A stretch of DNA of 64,000 nt from Candidatus Gastranaerophilales bacterium (GCA_944325875.1 CALVBU010000007.1:26438-90437); one strand, 5' to 3'; counted from the stretch's first letter, positions 28,159 to 36,543 are shown. The notes: a model not told the origin generated them from the sequence alone. Program-made: numbers and translations.

Positions 28159-29076
28159 TTAATATCTAAGCGGAATTTTAGAGCGGTTTATAGTTTTCTT
28201 TTCATATCCAAAGTTTGCAAGTAGTCTGCATGTACTTGTATAGAAAATATTTTCATCAAGAGTCGGCCCTATGTTTATTGAGCTTACTGTTCTTTTTAAA
28301 AATTTATATTCAATATAAGGAATAAATAATCCGTTCTTTTCAAAGATTTTTGTCTGTTTATAGGAACTTGGACTAAAATTACTTATAAAAATTATTCGAT
28401 ATTCTTTTTCATCTTTAAAGTGTGGGTTTTTGAAAAACAAGCTTATAATGCTCAATATATCAATAAGCTCAAATATGGTATCTTGCATTTTTTCTAGGTT
28501 TTTTGAAGAATTTTTAGCTTTAGTATACTTTTGATACTGTTTATTCCATTTTTCAAATATTAATTTTAAAATTGTTGTCTGGATTTCATTATTATAAATT
28601 ATGTTTCCGTAAACAGAGTGAAATCCCTGTCTTTCCATATCTGCAATCAAATCTTTTTTGCAGAAACCTATATTATACCCTGTATAAGTCTGCCCTTTTG
28701 AATAATTGTTCCATAAAGTCAAGTTATCATTATCTGTTGAGAAAGAAATGGTATAATATTCATATTTATTTGTAAAATTGTCATTCCCGTCAATGATATT
28801 TTTATATTTTTTGTAGAAATATTCTTTAATCTTTGAAAATAATTCTGAATTAAGATCTTGCATTTCATCTATAAGATTTACGATGAGCCTATAAGAATAT
28901 GTAACCTCTTCTTTATCATTAAGATAAAGAGCATTAGAAAATCTTATCGTACCTGATTCTAAAATACTCAAAAGCTTTTCCGGTTTTGTATAATGGTAAA
29001 GATTACTATTAGAACCATCATCGAGAATTTTTTTAACCTTAGGAATTTTTTTCAAAAGACCATCATAATCTATCAT
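28159..29076 (-). CDS. DUF2971-family protein (orphan)
   Basis: N-terminal LYHYTKPEKLLSILESGTIRFSNALYLNDKEE resembles the DUF2971 signature. Monocistronic, with large non-coding flanks. Confidence 0.55.
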   Translation of the reverse strand: MIDYDGLLKKIPKVKKILDDGSNSNLYHYTKPEKLLSILESGTIRFSNALYLNDKEEVTYSYRLIVNLIDEMQDLNSELFSKIKEYFYKKYKNIIDGNDNFTNKYEYYTISFSTDNDNLTLWNNYSKGQTYTGYNIGFCKKDLIADMERQGFHSVYGNIIYNNEIQTTILKLIFEKWNKQYQKYTKAKNSSKNLEKMQDTIFELIDILSIISLFFKNPHFKDEKEYRIIFISNFSPSSYKQTKIFEKNGLFIPYIEYKFLKRTVSSINIGPTLDENIFYTSTCRLLANFGYEKKTINRSKIPLRY

Positions 29077-29149
29077 TTCTCATCTCCAAGCAACAATATC
29101 TCTATTAATATTATAACATATTTTTGTATCATTATTAAGATATATTCAA

Positions 29150-29187
29150 TAAAAAATAGCAGACATTATAAATTAATGTCTGCTATT
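29150..29187 (-). terminator. intrinsic terminator of hsp20
   Basis: Perfect 14-bp stem AATAGCAGACATTA (29155-29168) / TAATGTCTGCTATT (29174-29187), 5-nt loop, T-run on the minus strand (A-run 29150-29154). Confidence 0.85.
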
Positions 29188-29212
29188 TGCCTTAGATTGG
29201 AGGAAGATTTTA

Positions 29213-29668
29213 TTATTTAACCGTAAGTTTTTTTACGGAATCTTTTTCTATATAACGTTTTGGAGCATGAATTTTCAATACACCATGTTCAAGTTTTGCT
29301 TCAGCTTTGTCGATATCTATTTCTTGAGGGAAGTAAACCGTTCTTGAAAATTCACCGTATCTGAATTCAGATTTTTTATAACCTTTAAAATCTTCTTTTG
29401 ATTCTTCTTCTTTTTTAGCATTGATAGTGATTGAATTCTTTTCAATATCAATATCTAAATCTTCTTTTTTAACACCCGGTAATTCAGCACGGACCTCATA
29501 ATCCTTTTCCTTTTCCGTAATTTCTACAGGCATAGACATTTTATCAACTTCTTCCTCAAATCCGTAATCAGGATAATAATTATCAAAATGTCTGCTCAAA
29601 ATTGAATTAATTTCATCATTAACGGATTTTATAAAATTGTCCGGTGCTTTCTTTACTAAAAATCTCAT
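29213..29668 (-). CDS. small heat-shock protein (Hsp20/alpha-crystallin family)
   Basis: Alpha-crystallin core (YEVRAELPGVKKEDLDIDIEKNSITINAKKEE ... GVLKIHAPK). The ATG at 29668 has an AAGGAG 8 nt upstream. The track ORF begins at an upstream GTG (29677). Confidence 0.9.
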   Translation of the reverse strand: MRFLVKKAPDNFIKSVNDEINSILSRHFDNYYPDYGFEEEVDKMSMPVEITEKEKDYEVRAELPGVKKEDLDIDIEKNSITINAKKEEESKEDFKGYKKSEFRYGEFSRTVYFPQEIDIDKAEAKLEHGVLKIHAPKRYIEKDSVKKLTVK

Positions 29669-29707
29669 ACTCAACACTCCTTTCAGTTTAACTCTAATCG
29701 GCTTGCC

Positions 29708-29733
29708 GAGTCAGCTAATCTTTAGCGGCTCTC
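29708..29733 (-). promoter_or_regulatory. imperfect hairpin in the hsp20 5' leader
   Basis: Minus strand reads GAGAGCCGCTAA-AGA-TTAGCTGACTC (core GCTAA/TTAGC plus outer GAG/CTC). A second small CGGC/GCCG element is adjacent. Locally G/C-richer than its surroundings. Confidence 0.4.
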
Positions 29734-29836
29734 ATCAACCACACTTATATTATTTACCTGTTTTACAAAAAACCTTTATTTTTTAACCAAAATTTAACAA
29801 TCCACCTGATATAAAAATATATGTTAGAATAAACCT

Positions 29837-30574
29837 ATGATTACAGGTGGTTATAGAGAAGAAATTAAAGTCAAATATTCGGAAATGGATTATAATCAAG
29901 CGTTAAAACCATTTTCTTTATTGAATTATCTTCAGGATATAGCAAGCAAAAATGCAGAAGATTTAGGGTTTGGCTATTCTTTTATTACACCAAAAAACAT
30001 AGCCTGGTTCCTGCTAAAATATCATATGGAGTTTGAAGAATACCCGATTAATGTTGAAAATATTACTCTCAAAACTCAACCAAGAGGGTATCAAAAACTA
30101 TTTGCATATCGTGATTTTGAATTTTGGGAAGGAGACAAACTTCTTGGAAGAATCGCTAGCATTTGGTCTTTAGTAGATATAACATCAAGAAACCTTATAC
30201 CGATAAATATAGGACTTGAAAATAATCCTGGAATGCCTCCTTATGAAAAGAAAGAGGATGATTTAAGTTTTGAAAAAATAAAACCGCCTGCAAAAATTGA
30301 TACAGAAAAAGAATTTGAAGTAAGATATAACGATATTGACGTTAATAAGCACGCCAACAACGGGAATTACATAATCTGGGCATTTGAACCGTTAAGTTTT
30401 GAATTCAAATCAAACCATAAAATTAAAACACTTGATATGATTTATAAAAAAGAAATCAAATTGGGTGAAAAACTTATTTCTCAAGTCGAAATCCAAGATA
30501 ATACAACAATTCATTTATTAAAAAACGCAGAAACAAATGAAGAATTGTGCCTAATTCAATGCAGGTGGATATGA
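29837..30574 (+). CDS. acyl-ACP thioesterase (FatA/B-like, double hotdog)
   Basis: YREEIKVKYSEMDYNQALKPFSLLNYLQDIA ... RYNDIDVNKHANNGNY motifs typical of the bacterial acyl-ACP thioesterase family. Confidence 0.85.
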   Translation: MITGGYREEIKVKYSEMDYNQALKPFSLLNYLQDIASKNAEDLGFGYSFITPKNIAWFLLKYHMEFEEYPINVENITLKTQPRGYQKLFAYRDFEFWEGDKLLGRIASIWSLVDITSRNLIPINIGLENNPGMPPYEKKEDDLSFEKIKPPAKIDTEKEFEVRYNDIDVNKHANNGNYIIWAFEPLSFEFKSNHKIKTLDMIYKKEIKLGEKLISQVEIQDNTTIHLLKNAETNEELCLIQCRWI

Positions 30575-31047
30575 TAGAATTTGTAAAAGCAGAAAATATT
30601 AAAGAACTTGCATCCCTTGCCTCAAAAATATGGCACGAATATTGGCCTATAATTTTGTCACCAGAACAAATTGATTATATGGTAGAAAACTTTCAGTCAG
30701 AAACAGCTATAAAAAATCAAATCCAAAATGAAAACTATACTTATTACCTGATAAAACATAACAATGAAAACATTGGATATTTCGGGCTTTCGGATAAAAA
30801 AGATCACATATTTTTGTCAAAACTATATATTTACGGCACCTACCGCCATAAAGGAATAGGTACAAAAGCATTTGAAAAAATTAAAGAAATTTCAAACGGA
30901 CAAAAAATAACTCTTACTGTTAATAAAAATAATATTAATTCAATTAATGCATATAAAAAATGGGGATTCAAAATTATCGACTCAGTAGTAACCGACATAG
31001 GTAATAATTTTGTAATGGATGATTACATAATGGAGTATTGCAATTAA
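30571..31047 (+). CDS. GNAT-family N-acetyltransferase
   Basis: YRHKGIGTKAFEKI (acetyl-CoA binding Q/RxxGxG/A motif). The ATG at 30571 overlaps the thioesterase stop (ATGA). The track ORF starts at GTG 30547. Confidence 0.75.
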   Translation: MIEFVKAENIKELASLASKIWHEYWPIILSPEQIDYMVENFQSETAIKNQIQNENYTYYLIKHNNENIGYFGLSDKKDHIFLSKLYIYGTYRHKGIGTKAFEKIKEISNGQKITLTVNKNNINSINAYKKWGFKIIDSVVTDIGNNFVMDDYIMEYCN

Positions 31048-31089
31048 AATTCTTGTATTCTAAATATTAAATGAAAGGTCTCTTAAATT

Positions 31090-32223
31090 ATGAAAGTACA
31101 AAATATTTCTTTACGCACAAATTACTCTAACAATGTGAACTTTGGTGGTAAAATTATTGATTCACACGCACATGTAGGCATATTTGCAGATGGGCTGAAT
31201 AATACTTGCGACAAATTTGAAGCAAGACATTTTAAGCAAATTACATCAAATCCTATTAACGATGGACAAGATACACTTGAAAAAGTCTTAGTCTCAAACC
31301 TTAATTGTATAGATAACGTAAGTCCAGAAATGGAAGGGAAATTGCATGAAAAAGGTTTGACAAAAACATTCCTAAATGAAATCGACGGCAATAGAGAAAT
31401 TCTTTATATTGCAAATTCTAACTCACTTTTGAAACCTCTTGCAGTCTGTCAACCGGACAAAACTGAAAATGCAAATAATATTAGAACCGTATTAAAAGAA
31501 GGTAAATTTTACGGACTAAAATTTCACCCTCTGCATATGAAACTTGCTGCAAACGATTCCAAATACGATGACTATATGAAAGTTGCAGAAGAAAATCATC
31601 TACCTTGTCTTTTCCACTGTGATGCCTCAGGATGTCAATATTCATCACCTGAGCAAATATATGAACTCGCAAAAAGACATCCAAAAGTTCCGGTTATCCT
31701 TGCCCATCTTGGAGCCGGAGAAGACTCTCATTCAAGAGCAATAAAAGTATTATTGGACTCAATAAATAACGGTGATGCAACAATATATGCAGATATCTCA
31801 TGGGTTGACTGCAACTCCGCTGAAAAAAACACCATAACTGACACCTTGAAAAAACTCCAAAACACAAGCAAAGGAGATATGACATCCCGCCTATTGTTTG
31901 GAACTGATGCTCCTATAGGAAGGTTTGGGGCAGAAGGACTCTATGACTCAGCTTATTATGGAGAAAATGTTAAACAAATAAAAAACTCAATCAAAAATGC
32001 TTTCGGCGCAAATGGTGAATCTATCTCAAACAAATTATTCTACGATAATGCCGAAGAATTATTCTTTGCCAAAAATTGGGCAAAAAGTCCTAAAAAAGAA
32101 TTCAAAACAAAACACGGACTAATCATAGCCGCAGGTCTGTTAGCTTTAGGAGTTTTAATTAACGCACTGTATAAAGGATTAAAGAAAAATCCGACAGAAC
32201 CAAATGCTTCACAAATAAAATAA
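31090..32223 (+). CDS. TIM-barrel metal-dependent hydrolase (amidohydrolase_2-like) with N-terminal extension and C-terminal TM anchor
   Basis: IIDSHAHVG, LKFHPLHM, LFHCD, ILAHLG, LFGTDAPI. C-terminal GLIIAAGLLALGVLINALY. N-terminal MKVQNISLRTNYSNNVNFGG. Confidence 0.6.
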   Translation: MKVQNISLRTNYSNNVNFGGKIIDSHAHVGIFADGLNNTCDKFEARHFKQITSNPINDGQDTLEKVLVSNLNCIDNVSPEMEGKLHEKGLTKTFLNEIDGNREILYIANSNSLLKPLAVCQPDKTENANNIRTVLKEGKFYGLKFHPLHMKLAANDSKYDDYMKVAEENHLPCLFHCDASGCQYSSPEQIYELAKRHPKVPVILAHLGAGEDSHSRAIKVLLDSINNGDATIYADISWVDCNSAEKNTITDTLKKLQNTSKGDMTSRLLFGTDAPIGRFGAEGLYDSAYYGENVKQIKNSIKNAFGANGESISNKLFYDNAEELFFAKNWAKSPKKEFKTKHGLIIAAGLLALGVLINALYKGLKKNPTEPNASQIK

Positions 32224-32226
32224 TAC

Positions 32227-32255
32227 TTGACAATTTGTTAGGTTACCCTTACAAT
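32227..32255 (+). promoter_or_regulatory. near-consensus promoter TTGACA-N17-TACAAT for the DtxR-family regulator operon
   Basis: TTGACA 32227-32232, TACAAT 32250-32255, GGAG SD at 32274-32277, GTG start at 32284. Confidence 0.6.
32235..32254. promoter_or_regulatory. DtxR/MntR-box-like imperfect palindrome (box 1), inside the promoter spacer
   Basis: TTGTTAGGTTACCCTTACAA, 16 of 20 positions self-complementary. Shares the 12-mer TTTGTTAGGTTA with box 2. TTAGGTTA matches the left half of the C. diphtheriae DtxR consensus TTAGGTTAGCCTAACCTAA. Confidence 0.5.
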
Positions 32256-32283
32256 TAATTTGTAAATCATTTTGGAGTAGACA

Positions 32284-32712
32284 GTGACAAACGAAAAATT
32301 AAGTTCCAGCCTTGAAGATTATCTGGAAGTTATTTATAACTACATAGATAAAAATGAAAAAGTCCGAGCAATAGATATCTCAAGAGAACTTAGTGTAAGT
32401 CGTGCATCCGTAACGGAAGCTTTAAAAAAGCTGGCTGACAAAAAATTGATAAATTACGGTAGATACGACATGATTTCTATGACAGAATATGGTCGTACAA
32501 AAGCTATAGAGGTGATTGAAAAACATAATACTCTTCAATATTTTTTTGAAGAGATTATGGGACTTGACTCAAATGAAGCAGCACAAACTGCTTGTAAAAT
32601 TGAGCATATAATTTCAGAAAATGTCTTTGACAGATTTACAGACTTGAGAAATTTTCATCAAAACCACCCCGAATATACCGAAGCATTTAAAAAACATTAT
32701 AGAGACAAATAA
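32284..32712 (+). CDS. DtxR/MntR-family metal-dependent transcriptional regulator
   Basis: LSSSLEDYLEVIYNY ... RAIDISRELSVSRASVTEALKKL ... EHIIS pattern of DtxR/MntR proteins. 142 aa (no SH3-like domain). Confidence 0.85.
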   Translation: MTNEKLSSSLEDYLEVIYNYIDKNEKVRAIDISRELSVSRASVTEALKKLADKKLINYGRYDMISMTEYGRTKAIEVIEKHNTLQYFFEEIMGLDSNEAAQTACKIEHIISENVFDRFTDLRNFHQNHPEYTEAFKKHYRDK

Positions 32713-32714
32713 CA

Positions 32715-33734
32715 ATGAATACATTAAAAGTAGCAGGTAAATTTCTCGACCAACCGATGTTGGTTGCAAAATTTCATAATGCGGTACCAACAATACTTAC
32801 AGCAGGCGCAGCTGCATATACAACAAAAGAAATTGCACACGCACCACAAGAAAAAAGAAAAAAAGCAGCCATAAGAATAGGGACAACAATGGCATTTACA
32901 GTAGCCTCAGCCCTAGCAGCACCGAAAATTACTAACAAACTTTTTAAAGATGCAGATGAAATCCCAAAATCAATAAAAGAATTAAAAAAAGATGCAACAG
33001 GACTTGTGGAAGATTTTTTGAAAAAAAATCAAATCGATGAAAAATCAAAACAACTTTTAGAAAAAGCTAAAGAAAATATCTTAAAATACAAAGAAGTAAA
33101 AACCTTATTCAAAAACTTTGAAAATAACAAAAATGGAAAAGAATTATTAAACAAACTTATACCTGATCCTGAAAACATCGATTCAAAAGAAATTTTTTCA
33201 GAAATCGGCAGGCTTTCCGTTTTTGGGCTGATACCTGTCTTAGGTGGAATTACCGGTGGTATAATAGGCGATAAACTTACAACCGACAAATGGAAAAAGA
33301 AAATTCCAGATAAAATAAAAGAAGGTTCATACCAATATCTTGCAAACATATTCTTATGCAACATCGGCGCAGGTGGAGCTCTTGCAATAATGGAAAAACT
33401 AAATATCCGCTCAAAAGGACATCGTGCAATAGGTATGATAGGCGGAATTATTGCAACAGGAGTAATTGGCGGAAGTACAATTGCAAATCTTATAGGAAAT
33501 AAAATTATTAATCCTCTGTTTGAACACGGTCATAAACATAAAAAAGAACATCTGTTTGATGAAAGAAAACCTGAACCGCTAGATATTGGCTTACACACAG
33601 ATGATATTGCAACAGTCGCGGTTATGTCAGGACTAAAATGGATTGAACCTGCTTTGCCAATGATGTATTCAGTATCAGGTTATAGAGCAGGTATCGGTTA
33701 CAGAAACGGTAAACCGCATTCCGACAAAAATTAG
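32715..33734 (+). CDS. hypothetical polytopic membrane protein with His-rich loop (EHGHKHKKEH)
   Basis: Several Gly/Ala-rich hydrophobic segments. Start lies 2 nt after the regulator stop, so probably co-transcribed. I recognise no family. Confidence 0.5.
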   Translation: MNTLKVAGKFLDQPMLVAKFHNAVPTILTAGAAAYTTKEIAHAPQEKRKKAAIRIGTTMAFTVASALAAPKITNKLFKDADEIPKSIKELKKDATGLVEDFLKKNQIDEKSKQLLEKAKENILKYKEVKTLFKNFENNKNGKELLNKLIPDPENIDSKEIFSEIGRLSVFGLIPVLGGITGGIIGDKLTTDKWKKKIPDKIKEGSYQYLANIFLCNIGAGGALAIMEKLNIRSKGHRAIGMIGGIIATGVIGGSTIANLIGNKIINPLFEHGHKHKKEHLFDERKPEPLDIGLHTDDIATVAVMSGLKWIEPALPMMYSVSGYRAGIGYRNGKPHSDKN

Positions 33735-33760
33735 TCAAGTAAATTTTATTCGAGAATAAT

Positions 33761-33789
33761 AAAAAGCTTGTCTAAAAATTCAGACAAGC
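33761..33789 (-). terminator. intrinsic terminator downstream of the DUF2023-like gene
   Basis: Stem GCTTGTCT (33766-33773) / AGACAAGC (33782-33789), 8-nt loop, T-run on the minus strand (A-run 33761-33765). Confidence 0.65.
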
Positions 33790-33825
33790 ACAATCAATAG
33801 TGTTAATAATATGATAAACAATAAG

Positions 33826-34281
33826 TTAGGATTTTTTTAGATTAATAACTTTTTCTTTCATGTTTAAATATCTTTCACATTGTCTGACCCTATCATAACC
33901 AAGCATTATGCCTAGTATAAAATCCTGCTCAGGTGTCAACTTGTTTAACTTTGGATTGAGAGTTCTCACAACATCCACACAAGGCTTTTCTCCAAAATAA
34001 ACATTTATCTTACCATTACCAATATCGTGCACAACATAATCTATATTTTCTTTTTTAAGTCGTTTTTCAATATTGTCACGGTATATTCCTTTTTCTGTAG
34101 TTAAAATAAGATTTCTTATCCCTTTTTTATACTCATATATATGGTGGTGAAAGACACGTAAGTCTGCATATTCAGCCTTCACCATCTCAGGATTTGCGGA
34201 ACTTGCATTACCAAAAGGGAGTCTAATTGCAGAACTTCCGCAATACAAGCTTCTATACAAACTTACGTTATTTATTCTCAT
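33826..34281 (-). CDS. DUF2023-like protein with N-terminal extension
   Basis: Core VFHHHIYEYKKGIRNLILTT resembles my memory of the DUF2023 family. The ATG at 34281 has a GAGGGG SD. An internal Met (MVKAEY) is a weaker alternative start. Confidence 0.5.
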   Translation of the reverse strand: MRINNVSLYRSLYCGSSAIRLPFGNASSANPEMVKAEYADLRVFHHHIYEYKKGIRNLILTTEKGIYRDNIEKRLKKENIDYVVHDIGNGKINVYFGEKPCVDVVRTLNPKLNKLTPEQDFILGIMLGYDRVRQCERYLNMKEKVINLKKS

Positions 34282-34297
34282 CTATTACCCCTCACTT

Positions 34298-34317
34298 TTG
34301 TTAGGTTAAACTAACAA
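34298..34317. promoter_or_regulatory. DtxR/MntR-box-like palindrome (box 2)
   Basis: TTGTTAGGTTAAACTAACAA, 18 of 20 positions self-complementary. Lies 17 nt upstream of the DUF2023-like ATG (minus strand) and about 45 nt upstream of the ABC-F -10 (plus strand). Confidence 0.55.
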
Positions 34318-34360
34318 AATATATTGTAAGGCATGACTAACAATTTGTCAAGTATTTTTG

Positions 34361-34369
34361 TGCTACAAT
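34361..34369 (+). promoter_or_regulatory. extended -10 element (TGcTACAAT) upstream of the ABC-F gene
   Basis: TGCTACAAT at 34361-34369. The SD AAGGAAA lies 7 nt before the ATG at 34411. Confidence 0.4.
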
Positions 34370-34410
34370 GTTCATACACTTGTCGAATACTTATAAATAA
34401 GGAAATACAA

Positions 34411-36039
34411 ATGATAACAACAAATAAATTAACAGTTCGTTTTGGTTCACAAACATTATTTGAAAATGTTTCAATAAAATTTGTACCAGGAAACTGCTAC
34501 GGCGTAATAGGTGCAAACGGAGCCGGGAAAAGTACCCTTTTAAGAGTCATCTCAGGCGAAATCGAACCAACTTCAGGAGAAGTAAATATTTCAAAAGGAC
34601 AAAGAATTGCAGTATTAAAACAAAACCATTTTGAATTTGACGAATACAGCGTAATTGATACTGTAATTATGGGCCATAAAAAATTATATGACATAATGAA
34701 AGAGCGTGACGCATTATATGCAAAGCCTGATTTCAATGATGAGGACGGAATTAAGGCAGCTCATTTAGAAGAAGAATTTGCAGAGTTAGACGGTTGGCAG
34801 GCTGAATCTATGGCTGCAACTTTATTATCAGAACTCGGAATTCCTGATGAACTTCATTATTCACAAATGAAAGACCTTGCTGGCAGTGAAAAGGTTAGGG
34901 TATTATTAGCTCAAGCACTTTTTGGAAATCCTGATATTCTTTTGCTTGACGAACCTACAAACCACTTGGATATCAATACTATCACTTGGCTGGAAGAATT
35001 TTTGATTGATTTTCCAAACCTAGTAATAGTTGTATCACACGACAGAAAATTCTTAGACAGAGTCTGCACACATATGGCAGATATTGATTATAAAAATATT
35101 CAGCTATATACAGGTAACTATTCATTCTGGTCTGAAGCAAGCCAGTTAATCAAAAAACAAAAAGAAGAACAAAATAAAAAAACAGAAGAAAAAATGGAAG
35201 AATTGAAAGCCTTTATTGCACGATTCAGTGCAAACGCATCTAAGGCAAAACAAGCAACTTCAAGAAAAAATATGCTAGATAAACTTTCTCTTGAAGAAAT
35301 CAAACCATCTTCTCGTCAATATCCGAGAATTAGATTTAATTACCAAAAAATTCCTGGAAAAGACGTGCTTACTGTAGATAAACTTACAAAATCTATTGAT
35401 GGTGAAATTTTATTCAAGAACTTTAGTTTTGAAGTCTATCAAGGTGAAAAAATTGCATTCATCGCAAAAGATCCGTTAATTATCTCAACATTATTTGAAA
35501 TTTTAATGGGCAATATTGAACCTGATTCTGGTGAAGTGAAATGGGGTGTTACAGCTACAAAATCTTACTTCCCGAAAGATAACAACTTCTATTTTGAATC
35601 AGATAAGACCATTATGCAGTGGCTTGCGCAATATTCGCCTGATCAGCACGTAAACTTTTTACGCGGATATTTGGGCAGAATGCTTTTCTCCGGAGATGAC
35701 GCCGATAAGAAAGTAAATGTTCTATCAGGGGGAGAGAAAGTTCGCTGTATCTTAGCAAAAATGATGATTGAAGAATCAAATGTAATGATTTTTGATGAAC
35801 CTACAAACCATCTTGATTTGGAATCAATTACTGCGTTAAATAATTCTTTAATCGATTATACAGGAACTGTTCTGTTTACATCACAGGATTATCAATTCAT
35901 TCAAACTGTTGCAGACAGAATAATCGAAATTTCACCTAACGGATACATCAACAGCAGAAGCAAATATGAGGATTACCTAGCAAATCCGGATATTATTAAG
36001 CGTCGAAATGACTTATACAAGATGGCTGTGAAAAAGTAG
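34411..36039 (+). CDS. ABC-F family ATPase (two ABC domains, no TM domain)
   Basis: Two Walker A / signature sets (GANGAGKST ... LAGSEKVR; second LSGGEKVR) and a Lys/Glu-rich inter-domain linker. The start is moved from 34333 to the SD-preceded ATG at 34411, giving MITTNKLTVRFG. Confidence 0.85.
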   Translation: MITTNKLTVRFGSQTLFENVSIKFVPGNCYGVIGANGAGKSTLLRVISGEIEPTSGEVNISKGQRIAVLKQNHFEFDEYSVIDTVIMGHKKLYDIMKERDALYAKPDFNDEDGIKAAHLEEEFAELDGWQAESMAATLLSELGIPDELHYSQMKDLAGSEKVRVLLAQALFGNPDILLLDEPTNHLDINTITWLEEFLIDFPNLVIVVSHDRKFLDRVCTHMADIDYKNIQLYTGNYSFWSEASQLIKKQKEEQNKKTEEKMEELKAFIARFSANASKAKQATSRKNMLDKLSLEEIKPSSRQYPRIRFNYQKIPGKDVLTVDKLTKSIDGEILFKNFSFEVYQGEKIAFIAKDPLIISTLFEILMGNIEPDSGEVKWGVTATKSYFPKDNNFYFESDKTIMQWLAQYSPDQHVNFLRGYLGRMLFSGDDADKKVNVLSGGEKVRCILAKMMIEESNVMIFDEPTNHLDLESITALNNSLIDYTGTVLFTSQDYQFIQTVADRIIEISPNGYINSRSKYEDYLANPDIIKRRNDLYKMAVKK

Positions 36040-36520
36040 GATTAGCAGAAACCGCTGTTAACATAAAATTTTCTTGAAAAACACAGGAATAAGAAGCCTG
36101 TGTTTTTTCTTGCAGTTTAATTTCAGCTTCGTATTCAGTCCAAAACTTATAAAAATCTTCTGCACTTTGAAAATCTTTTTCATAACGAGCAGAGAGTGCC
36201 TCAAAATCTCTGGGCTTCATCTCCTCAATATCAAGTCCGCAAGGTGAATTATCAAAAGCCGCAGCCACATAATTCCCGCTATGAGATATACTAAAAAAGA
36301 CCCCGCCATTCTTAAATTTTGGTTTATCGTTATCTATAACAATTTCTGTATCTGACAAATTATAAACAACTTTAGCTACAGACTTGACAAGATAACGCCC
36401 GATAGAATATTGTACAAAACGCTTTAGGGATTTAAATTCTTTTCCCCCAGAAAATTTTCTCAGGAACTCTGTATCATGTGATTTTAGAAATTTTTCAGTA
36501 TTAATATAATAAATTTCCAT
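35996..36520 (-). CDS. Sfp-type 4'-phosphopantetheinyl transferase
   Basis: FFSISHSGNYVAAAF ... CGLDIEE ... FWTEYEAEIK motifs of the PPTase superfamily. The 3' end overlaps the ABC-F 3' end by 44 nt. Confidence 0.7.
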   Translation of the reverse strand: MEIYYINTEKFLKSHDTEFLRKFSGGKEFKSLKRFVQYSIGRYLVKSVAKVVYNLSDTEIVIDNDKPKFKNGGVFFSISHSGNYVAAAFDNSPCGLDIEEMKPRDFEALSARYEKDFQSAEDFYKFWTEYEAEIKLQEKTQASYSCVFQENFMLTAVSANPTFSQPSCISHFDA

Positions 36521-36543
36521 AGCAACATAATACTATAAAAATT

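Noticed and set aside
28993-29220. 75-aa plus-strand ORF spanning the DUF2971 start region and the hsp20 terminator.
   Set aside because: It runs straight through a perfect 14-bp terminator hairpin and intergenic promoter DNA. It is better explained as non-coding.
29700-29740. CIRCE (HrcA) operator or a tRNA/ncRNA gene in the G/C-richer patch upstream of hsp20.
   Set aside because: The arms (GAG.GC.GCTAA / TTAGC.G.CTC) are separated by 3 nt, not 9, and do not match TTAGCACTC-N9-GAGTGCTAA. The patch is only about 50 nt, too short and lacking tRNA cloverleaf features. It is kept only as a generic leader hairpin.
34333-34410. N-terminal 26-codon extension of the ABC-F ORF (MTNNLSSIFVLQCSYTCRILINKEIQ).
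   Set aside because: It contains the predicted -10 element and has no SD. The ATG at 34411 has an AAGGAAA SD and gives a canonical ABC-F N-terminus.
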